DNA of 52,930 nucleotides from assembly GCA_040881785.1 (NCBI GenBank), contig JBBECO010000253.1, positions 8,968 to 61,897 of the forward strand, written 5' to 3'. The notes under the pieces were generated by a model that was not told where the DNA came from, did not search any database, and saw only the letters and a program-made list of their open reading frames with translations. This document shows positions 38,350 through 46,169 of the stretch, piece by piece; positions within the stretch are counted from its first letter, which is position 1; every line of letters begins with the position of its first letter. The position numbers were made by a program, and so were the translations under genes. This stretch comes from Vicinamibacterales bacterium. GTDB taxonomy: Bacteria > Acidobacteriota > Vicinamibacteria > Vicinamibacterales > 2-12-FULL-66-21.

Positions 38350-38859
38350 ATGCCAACTGTCGTGTTCGTTCTGGGCGACGATGTCTCGACCGATGCCATC
38401 TATCCGGGCCGCTTCATGGCCACCGTGCTGCCGTCCGAGACGCCGCAGCACGCGTTCGCCGACCACACGGCTTTCAACGCGAAGCTCAGGGCAGGCGAGG
38501 TCCCGCCCGGCAGCGTCATCGTGGCCGGGCAGAACTTCGGCTGTGGCTCGTCGCGCGAGCAGGCGGCGTCCTGCCTGAGAGGCCCCGACCTGACCGTCGT
38601 CGCGCGCGGCTTCGCCCGGATCTTTCTTCAGAACGCCATTAACCTGGGGCTCAGGACGATCATCTGCCCCGAGGTTGAGGCGTCGGAGGGGGACGAGCTG
38701 GAAATCGAGGCCGGCGAGGTGATCAACCGGGCGACGGGGAAGCGGTTCGAGATCGTACCGCTCCCCGCCGCGCGGCAGGCCATCGTGGATGCCGGCGGGC
38801 TAATCCCGTTCGTGCGCCAGTCGCTGATGCCAAAGCCGGGCGCGAGCATGCGGCGGTAG
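38350..38859 (+). CDS. LeuD/HacB-like small subunit
   Basis: GDDVSTDAIYP, NFGCGSSREQA, FARIFLQNAINLGL, AGGL. Confidence 0.93.
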   Translation: MPTVVFVLGDDVSTDAIYPGRFMATVLPSETPQHAFADHTAFNAKLRAGEVPPGSVIVAGQNFGCGSSREQAASCLRGPDLTVVARGFARIFLQNAINLGLRTIICPEVEASEGDELEIEAGEVINRATGKRFEIVPLPAARQAIVDAGGLIPFVRQSLMPKPGASMRR

Positions 38860-39235
38860 ACTGCACCCCCTTCGCGGCGGCAACGGTGCCGCTGATCTCG
38901 ACATGGGAGTTTGCCGCTCCTTTCCGTGCCTGTCAGTTCCCGCCTTGGCGCGGGTTTCCGTGCGGGCCGCCAGCGTCAGCGCCTTGTTCGTGGCCGCGTC
39001 GAACAGATGCAGACGCCAGCCCGGCTGCAGGTCGCGCTCGATGGGAAAGAACCGGAAGGCGGAATCGGCGGCCCAGTCGATCTCCACCAGCGCGCGGGCC
39101 GCGCCGCGCACGAGGGCCCTGCGGAACGTGGTGTCCCGTTCCCATTCGCCGTGGCGCGAGATGGGGTCGACCGGCTGCATTGATTGTAGCAGCCGCAACA
39201 GGGGACTTCGATGTCGATGATTAAACCCCATCCGC

Positions 39236-39426
39236 CGTCCCGATTGTCGCGATGGTGACGGCGGTCGTCATGCTGGGCGAGCGACTGACCATCCCGCGGG
39301 TCGCCGGGGTCGCCGCCGTGCTGCTCGGCGTGGCCCTGACGCGCGTGGGGCGGCGGTAACGGAGGGGACGGAGGGAACGGAGTTTTTCACAACGGAGGTA
39401 CGGGGCTAACGGAGGTACGAACGGAG
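39236..39426 (+). repeat. Direct repeat copy 2: orphan EamA 3' end (40 codons plus TAA) and ACGGAG arm
   Basis: Encodes VPIVAMVTAVVMLGERLTIPRVAGVAAVLLGVALTRVGRR*, 35/40 aa identical to the EamA C-terminus. Confidence 0.9.
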
Positions 39427-39560
39427 AAGGCACTTTTCTAGAACGCCGATGGGGCAGCAGCGGACCCGACACGTGCGTCTCGTCACCCACCGCCACTATC
39501 GTGTGGCCGGCTTGTTTCCAAGCGCTGGGATGTGCACGGATAGTGGCTGTGTCCCTGTCG

Positions 39561-39893
39561 TCATAAGACATTTGAACCGCGATCCCCGGAATGAATCTCG
39601 ACCGCCTCCTCGACTCGGATGACGAACACTTTTCCGTCTCCGGGCCGACCAGTGCCGGCGACCTCCTGAACGGTGCCAAGGATCTGCTGCAGCAGCTCCT
39701 CGGGTACGACCGTCTCAAGTTTGGCCATCTCCGTCTCGCCGTACTGCGGCGCATCGTCTGATGTGGCCGGCGTGCGTTTCCCGTAGCCACGGACGACAGA
39801 GACGGTGATTCCAGGAACGTTCGGGATCTCGTGTAACGCCTGAATCACTGAAGCCACGCGCTCCGGCCGAATGATCGACTTCACCTCGTACAT
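39561..39893 (-). CDS. PII-family protein linked to metal efflux
   Basis: KSIIRP, GITVS.V.GYG, KLETVV, TGRPGDGKVFV; ATG overlaps the czcA stop. Confidence 0.88.
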   Translation of the reverse strand: MYEVKSIIRPERVASVIQALHEIPNVPGITVSVVRGYGKRTPATSDDAPQYGETEMAKLETVVPEELLQQILGTVQEVAGTGRPGDGKVFVIRVEEAVEIHSGDRGSNVL

Positions 39894-42800
39894 CACAGTT
39901 CCACCTCCGGTCGTTCGCGCTCGAACCACCGATAGAGCGACGGAAGGACAAGCAACGTCAGCGCGGTCGACGTGATGAGGCCGCCGATGACGACAGTTGC
40001 AAGCGGTCGCTGCACCTCTGCACCCGCGCCGGTCGACAGCGCCATGGGCACAAAGCCCAGACCTGCAACGAGAGGCGCCATGATCATGGCCCGCATCTTT
40101 TCCATCGATCCGCGGATCGTCGCTTCGTGAAGACTCAGGCCCGTCTTGCGAAGCTCGTCGATGTGCGCGAGCAGCACGAGCCCGTTCATCACGGCCACGC
40201 CGAACAGCGCAATGAAACCGACACCGGCTGAGATGCTGAACGCCATGCCTCGCAGGAAGAGCGCGACGACCCCGCCCGTCGCGGCAATCGGAATGTTGAA
40301 ATAGATCAACACCGCCGGTTTCACGGCGTTGAAGGTGATGAACAGAAGAACGAAGATCAGGAACAGCGCGACTGGAAGCACCAGCGTGAGCCGCTTTGTG
40401 GCGCGTTGAAGGTTCTCGAACTGGCCCCCGTATTCGATGTAGTACCCCGTCGGCAGCTCGACCTGCGCCGAGATGGCCCGCTGCACGTCGGCGATGAAGC
40501 CACCAAGGTCGCGGCCCCGGACGTTCGCTTCGACGGCGATACGGCGGTGGATGTTCTCGCGGCTGATCTGGGCCGGTCCTTCCTCCAGGGTGATGTCGGC
40601 GAGTTGGGACAGTGGAATCATGCGCCCCTGCGCGTCGGAGACTTTGAGATTCCTGATGCTGTCCACGTTCTGCCGGTCCGCCAATGTGAACCGCGCCTGC
40701 AGCGTAAACCGGCGTTGTCCCTCGAGGACTTCTCCGACCTCGCGCCCGCCGATCGTCTGCACGACGTCCAGCACCTGAGATGCGTTGATCCCGTAACGCG
40801 CGATCTCATCGCGACGGATCTTCAATCGCAGATACGGGAGGCCGCCGGTCTGTTCCAGCTTGACGTCCGCGGCGCCCGGCACGCCGCTGGTGACGCGCGC
40901 GATCTCTGCGCCCACGCGTCGCAGTTCCTCCAGATCCTCACCAAACAACGTCACGGCCACGTCGGACCGAACGCCGGCAATCAGCTCCTGCACCCGCAGC
41001 TCGATGGGCTGCGAATAGCTGAACACGTTGCCGGGTACTTCCCTCTCCAGAGCCTCGTTGAACGCGGCGATGAGGTCTTCCTTGTGGCCGGCCGTCGTCC
41101 ATTCGTCCGGATCTTTGAGGATCACGTAAATGTCGCTCGTTTCGAGCCCCATGGGGTCGGTAGGGATCTCGGCCACACCTGTCCGTGACACGACCGTCAG
41201 CACTTCCGGGAAACGCTTCAACGTCTTTTCGATCAACGTCGTGCTCTTGATCGACTCGGTAAGAGAGACGCTCGGCAGCCGCCACGCCTGAAGAGCAACG
41301 GCACCTTCATCAAGCTTGGGGATGAACTCGCTGCCCATGAACGGCACGAGCAGGAGCGAAAGGGCGAACACGGCGACCGACACCGCAGCCGTGAGCCCCG
41401 GATGCGCCAGACTCCGGACCAGCATCGGCTGGTAGCGGGCCTTCAGCCACTCCATGATTCGAGGCTCGCGGTCGCTCATCTTGCCGCGAAACAGCAGCGC
41501 GGCCAGGACCGGCATCAGCGTGAGCGCGAGAATCAGCGAACCGACGAGCGCGAAGACGACCGTGAGCGCCATCGGCCTGAACATCTTCCCCTCAACTCCC
41601 TGCAGCGTCAGGATGGGGAGGTAGACGATGGTGATGATCAGAACGGCAAAGAATATCGGGCGGGCGACTTCTCGCCCTGCGTCTCGGATGATCTCCTCTC
41701 TCGAGGCGCCCGTGCGATGTTTCTCGCCGAGCCGTCGGACGATGTTCTCGATCATCACCACCGACCCGTCGACGATGAGGCCGAAGTCGATCGCGCCCAG
41801 GCTCATAAGGTTCCCCGACAGACCCGCCTGCACCATCCCGGTGAAGGCGAACAGCATCGAGAGCGGAATCGCCGCCGCGACGATGAGCCCGCCGCGCACG
41901 TTGCCGAGCAGCACCAGCAGCACGGCCACGACGAGAATGCCGCCTTCGATCAGGTTGGTCTCGACCGTGGCGATGGTTTTCTGGACGAGCTCCGTACGGT
42001 CGTAAAACGAATCAATTTCCACACCCTTCGGGAGACTCTGTTTGATCGTCTCGAGCTCCTCTCGCACGCGGGCCGCGACGACGCGGGAATTTTCACCCAT
42101 CAGCATCATCACGACGCCCGTCACGACCTCGCCCCGGCCGTCCCGCGTCACCGCCCCCTGGCGGATCCTCGGCGCGAAGACGGTCGTGCCCAGATTCTTG
42201 ATATAGACCGGGGTGCCCCCCTGTTCTGCCTTGACGACGATGTTGTCGATGTCCGATAACTTCTCGACGAGGCCCTCGGCGCGGATGACGTACTGCTCCT
42301 GCGCGCGTTCGATGTACCCACCGCCAGCATTGGCGTTGTTGCGTTCGAGCGCCTCGAAGACCTCGCTGAGCGGCACGTTGTACGACACGAGCTTGTTCGG
42401 ATCGAGCTGCACTTCGTATGTCTTCAGCTCGCCCCCGAAGGAGTTCACTTCGACGACGCCGGGTACGGACCGCAGCTTGAACGCAATATCCCATTCGAGG
42501 ATGCTGCGCAGCTCCATCGGCGACAGGCCCTCGCCCCGCACCTCGAATTGGTAGATTTCGCCGAGGCCGGTGCTGATTGGTCCCATCGTGGGCGTGCCGA
42601 GCCCCTCGGGGATGGCTTCGCGCGCGTCGGGCAGGCGCTCGAGCACGAGCCGGCGCGCGAAGTACAGATCCATGTCTTCGCGGAAGTAGATATAGACGGA
42701 GGACAGCCCGAACCTGGACACCGATCGGATCTCCTCGATGCCAGGCAGACCGCTCATGGCGGTCTCCACCGGGAACGTGATGAAGCGTTCGATCTCCAGC

Positions 42801-42970
42801 GGTCCAAGCCCAGGCGCCGTTGTCAGAACGAGCACCTGGTTTGGGGTCACGTCCGGCACCGCGTCGATCGGCAGGCGCAGCATCGAATTGACGCCGATGC
42901 CGATCAGCACCGCCGTCAGAATCAGGACGATGAACTTGTTTCGCAGCGAAAAATCGATGAGTCTGTGCAT
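39893..42970 (-). CDS. czcA: CzcA/CusA family heavy-metal RND permease
   Basis: IDAVPDVT, PISTGLGEIYQF, NLMSLGAIDFGLIVDGSVVMIEN, EGKMFRPMA, QRPLATVVIGG. Confidence 0.93.
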   Translation of the reverse strand: MHRLIDFSLRNKFIVLILTAVLIGIGVNSMLRLPIDAVPDVTPNQVLVLTTAPGLGPLEIERFITFPVETAMSGLPGIEEIRSVSRFGLSSVYIYFREDMDLYFARRLVLERLPDAREAIPEGLGTPTMGPISTGLGEIYQFEVRGEGLSPMELRSILEWDIAFKLRSVPGVVEVNSFGGELKTYEVQLDPNKLVSYNVPLSEVFEALERNNANAGGGYIERAQEQYVIRAEGLVEKLSDIDNIVVKAEQGGTPVYIKNLGTTVFAPRIRQGAVTRDGRGEVVTGVVMMLMGENSRVVAARVREELETIKQSLPKGVEIDSFYDRTELVQKTIATVETNLIEGGILVVAVLLVLLGNVRGGLIVAAAIPLSMLFAFTGMVQAGLSGNLMSLGAIDFGLIVDGSVVMIENIVRRLGEKHRTGASREEIIRDAGREVARPIFFAVLIITIVYLPILTLQGVEGKMFRPMALTVVFALVGSLILALTLMPVLAALLFRGKMSDREPRIMEWLKARYQPMLVRSLAHPGLTAAVSVAVFALSLLLVPFMGSEFIPKLDEGAVALQAWRLPSVSLTESIKSTTLIEKTLKRFPEVLTVVSRTGVAEIPTDPMGLETSDIYVILKDPDEWTTAGHKEDLIAAFNEALEREVPGNVFSYSQPIELRVQELIAGVRSDVAVTLFGEDLEELRRVGAEIARVTSGVPGAADVKLEQTGGLPYLRLKIRRDEIARYGINASQVLDVVQTIGGREVGEVLEGQRRFTLQARFTLADRQNVDSIRNLKVSDAQGRMIPLSQLADITLEEGPAQISRENIHRRIAVEANVRGRDLGGFIADVQRAISAQVELPTGYYIEYGGQFENLQRATKRLTLVLPVALFLIFVLLFITFNAVKPAVLIYFNIPIAATGGVVALFLRGMAFSISAGVGFIALFGVAVMNGLVLLAHIDELRKTGLSLHEATIRGSMEKMRAMIMAPLVAGLGFVPMALSTGAGAEVQRPLATVVIGGLITSTALTLLVLPSLYRWFERERPEVEL

Positions 42971-42983
42971 GTGCGCTCCCGCC

Positions 42984-44285
42984 TCAGTGCTCGTCGCCGA
43001 TGCGTTCACGCAGCAGCGCGGTCTTCAAGTAGAAACTGCCGGCGCCGACGACCATCTCCCCGGCCTTCACGCCGGACGCCAACTCGACCAGGTCGCCAGC
43101 GGTTGTACCGGTCTGCACGATTCGGCGCTCGAAGCGGGTCGCGGACTGCCTCACGAACACCACGCGTTGGTCATCGACCGTCTGTACGGCGCTCACGGGA
43201 ACGACAACCGCCGATCGCCGATCGCTGGTTGGGATCACAACTTTCACGAACATGTCGAGTTTGAGCGCGCCGTCGGCATTCGGGACGACGCACCGCACTT
43301 TGGCGGTGCGTGACGTCGGGTCAATGACGTCACTGACGTACGTCAGACGGCCCGTGAAGGCGCGGTCCGGATAGGCATCTGCCTTGATGGCGACATCCAC
43401 GTCCTTCCGGACCTTGCCCAGGTCCTTCTCGTACACATCCGCCTGGATCCAGACTGTCGAGAGATCAATAATGGTGAACAGCTCGCGCTCGGGTTCCACC
43501 ACCTCGCCGGCCGCGACGTCATATTTCGTGATGACGCCCGCAAACGGCGCGCGCAACACGCTGTGCGACGCCACCCGGTGGCCCGTGCGCCCCTCCTCGT
43601 CGGGCGAGAGGTTGGCGAGGTCCGTATCAGAAAGGCCAAAGCGGTGGATCTGCTCTTCCACCTTGGAGACGCGAGCTTTCTGGCTCGCGACGGCGGCCTC
43701 GGCGTTGCGAAACTCCGCCCGTCGCTGCTCGAGCTGCTGCTGGGCGATCGCTTCCAACTTGATGAGCGCTTCTGATCGCTCGAGCACCTTCTGTTTGACG
43801 TTGCGGTCGGTCTCGGCTTGGCGCAGCGAGGCGGCCTCGCTGAGATACTCCCCGATGAGCTCGCCGAGCGCGATGTTGTCGTAGACGACGAGGGGCTGCC
43901 CTGCCTGGACACGAGCCCCAAGACTCACGGACACTTTTTCGATCAGGCCGCGCGCGAGTGGGCGAACGTGCGCCACACGCGATTCCACCGGCGCCACGAC
44001 GCCTGTGACGTCGATGACTGCTGGCAGCACCTGCGTGTCCGCGCGCACGACTTCCAGCGACGCGTTGTTTTGCGCTGCTTCCGGGATCTCGACGACGCCT
44101 TGCGGCAGATCCGCGTTGTGCGTCGTTTCCTCAACGGGAGCGGCAGCGGTCGCAGGGTCGTTCTTGAGGAGCCAAATCGCCGCTGCGCCGGCCAAGCCAC
44201 CGGCGAAGACTGCCAGCGCCAGGGCCGCCGCTGTGAAGCGCCGTCCTGACGCCGCCGTGGATGGGGGTGTCGATGATGCGTTCAT
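42984..44285 (-). CDS. czcB: RND periplasmic adaptor (CzcB-like)
   Basis: N-terminal TM; LRAPFAG, DLSTVW..DVYE, SRTAKVR, VP.SAV. Confidence 0.9.
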   Translation of the reverse strand: MNASSTPPSTAASGRRFTAAALALAVFAGGLAGAAAIWLLKNDPATAAAPVEETTHNADLPQGVVEIPEAAQNNASLEVVRADTQVLPAVIDVTGVVAPVESRVAHVRPLARGLIEKVSVSLGARVQAGQPLVVYDNIALGELIGEYLSEAASLRQAETDRNVKQKVLERSEALIKLEAIAQQQLEQRRAEFRNAEAAVASQKARVSKVEEQIHRFGLSDTDLANLSPDEEGRTGHRVASHSVLRAPFAGVITKYDVAAGEVVEPERELFTIIDLSTVWIQADVYEKDLGKVRKDVDVAIKADAYPDRAFTGRLTYVSDVIDPTSRTAKVRCVVPNADGALKLDMFVKVVIPTSDRRSAVVVPVSAVQTVDDQRVVFVRQSATRFERRIVQTGTTAGDLVELASGVKAGEMVVGAGSFYLKTALLRERIGDEH

Positions 44286-44292
44286 ATACTCC

Positions 44293-45588
44293 TCAAGGCT
44301 GAATGGCTGGCGCGCCGATCGCCGCAGCCAGTTGGAACGTGCTGATGCGGGCCTCGTACAGGGCTCGGTTGTAGGTCCGGAGCGTGTCTCGAAATGCCCG
44401 CTGCGCGTCCAGGAAGTCGATCAGGTCGGCAGTGCCGAGACGATACGAGGCAAGCACGATGTCGCGAGATTCACGTGACCGGTTCAGATACTCGCGCTCG
44501 ATGTAGCTCACACGGGCGCGGCTCACCTCGACCGTGTGGACAGCCTGCTGCACGTCGAGCAGAACTCCTGTCGCGGTCGCGGCGGCGCGGTTGGCCGCCT
44601 GCCGGCGCTCAGCATCAGCGCGTTGCACGCCACCCTGGTTGCGGTTGAAGAGCGGAAGTGGCACGGTGACGCCGAAAACGACCGCGTCCGAACCGAAATC
44701 GCGCTTGTACCCGCCGCCGACCGTGATGTTCGGCGTCCGAAGAGCCCGCTGGAGGCGTGTTTCGGTGTCAGCGCGCTGGACCTCGCGCTGGGCGGCGACG
44801 AGATCCGGTCGGGCGGCGAGAGCCTGTGTTCGCAGCGAAGCCGCATTGACTGTCGGCGCCGGGGACACAGTCTGGCCTGCCGGGGCACCGGAATCGGTCA
44901 CGTTGAGTCTTTCAGCCACGTCGAACTCGACACTCAAGTCTGGTGCGTTGAAGAGCGCCAGCAGCGCGCTGCGGGCATTCCGTAGCGCGAGTTCCGCGGC
45001 AAACAGATCATCGACGAACGTCAGACGCTCGACCTGAACCCGCCGCAGCTCGCCGCCGGAGATCTCGCCGTGTTCGTAGCGGGCGCGGTTCAGCCCGATC
45101 ACTTTGTCGATCTCGTCCAGCGCCGCGCGGGCGACCTCGAGGTCCGCCTTCGCGAGGACCACGCCCAAGTACGTACGTCGCACCTCGAATTCGAGTCGCC
45201 GGCGCTGATCCTGAAATCCCGCCTCGGCCACAGCGATGCCCGTTTCGGCCGCCTGTGTGCGCAAGCGCCGGCGGCCGGCAAGCTCGATCTCCTGGTCGAT
45301 GCGGAAGGTCAGCTCCTGGTTGTTGACGAATGCCGGGCGCGACGGCTCGAAGAGCGGATAGCTCTCGGACTCGAACGACACCGCCGGGTTGGGGCGGAGC
45401 CTGGCATCCAGGCGCTGGGCCTGCGCGATCTCAACGGTGTTGCGCGCGGCAGCCAGGTTGGGATTGCGCTCGGTCGCAAGGCGCACGGCCTCCTCGAGCG
45501 AGAGCCGTGCTGGGACGACGAGGTCCTGCCCGCGCGCGTAGGCAGCCGTCGTCATGAACAGGACGGAAAACAGCAGTACACGAATCAT
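44293..45588 (-). CDS. czcC: Outer membrane factor (CzcC-like)
   Basis: Signal peptide; PNP, QEIELAGRRRLR, VPLPLFNRNQG, FLDAQR. Confidence 0.9.
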   Translation of the reverse strand: MIRVLLFSVLFMTTAAYARGQDLVVPARLSLEEAVRLATERNPNLAAARNTVEIAQAQRLDARLRPNPAVSFESESYPLFEPSRPAFVNNQELTFRIDQEIELAGRRRLRTQAAETGIAVAEAGFQDQRRRLEFEVRRTYLGVVLAKADLEVARAALDEIDKVIGLNRARYEHGEISGGELRRVQVERLTFVDDLFAAELALRNARSALLALFNAPDLSVEFDVAERLNVTDSGAPAGQTVSPAPTVNAASLRTQALAARPDLVAAQREVQRADTETRLQRALRTPNITVGGGYKRDFGSDAVVFGVTVPLPLFNRNQGGVQRADAERRQAANRAAATATGVLLDVQQAVHTVEVSRARVSYIEREYLNRSRESRDIVLASYRLGTADLIDFLDAQRAFRDTLRTYNRALYEARISTFQLAAAIGAPAIQP

Positions 45589-45687
45589 TCAAAACTCCAG
45601 GACTGACGGCCCTCCCGGAAAGAGGGCGTGGCCGTACAAACGGACGAATCGCGTAGCCTTACGCGATCAAGCTCGTCTTCGCTGAAG

Positions 45688-46035
45688 TTAGGCGAGAGGA
45701 GGGCGGTAGAGAGGAGAACCGAACAGCCGCGGGGCAGCAAGGTCCAGCGGCGTGCGTTGCAGCGCCACAGGCATCACGAGTGTCGCGGGCGCGAAAGCCT
45801 GCACATCGACGCAATGCGAGCAGCAGAAACAGTCGTCGATGTGCCGTTGGGGCGTCTGGTCAGGAGCGGGAGCATCGGAACCGCCGGAAAGGGTGGCACG
45901 GGCGCTGAAGGACACCGCGTACTCGCCCTCAGTGTCCAAGGCACACAAACTCGCATTGCTCAGGTCCGCGGCTGTCCACAGCAGCAGGAGCATCACGACC
46001 CCCTGGACGAGCCGACATTTGCGCCACCAACGCAT
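45688..46035 (-). CDS. DUF2946/CzcI-like leader protein
   Basis: Hydrophobic N-terminus, HIDDCFCCSHC motif, C-terminal PLYRPP; TGcTATACT 8 nt upstream of the ATG. Confidence 0.7.
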   Translation of the reverse strand: MRWWRKCRLVQGVVMLLLLWTAADLSNASLCALDTEGEYAVSFSARATLSGGSDAPAPDQTPQRHIDDCFCCSHCVDVQAFAPATLVMPVALQRTPLDLAAPRLFGSPLYRPPLA

Positions 46036-46169
46036 GGGGAGTGAGTATAGCAGACGCGGGTGAGACCGTGAGCACGTTGACGCAAGTGCTGCTCTTGCTC
46101 TTCACGCTGGTCTCAGTTGGCCTCGAGTCTGCGCTGGGACCGGGCGAGTGAGTATCAACGCGTGGGCGA

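Noticed and set aside
33750-38859. Ordinary leuBCD leucine operon
   Set aside because: No leuA or ilv genes; KY rather than DI coenzyme motif; lyase and CoA-transferase are interleaved; located in an inserted cassette. No leu symbols were assigned.
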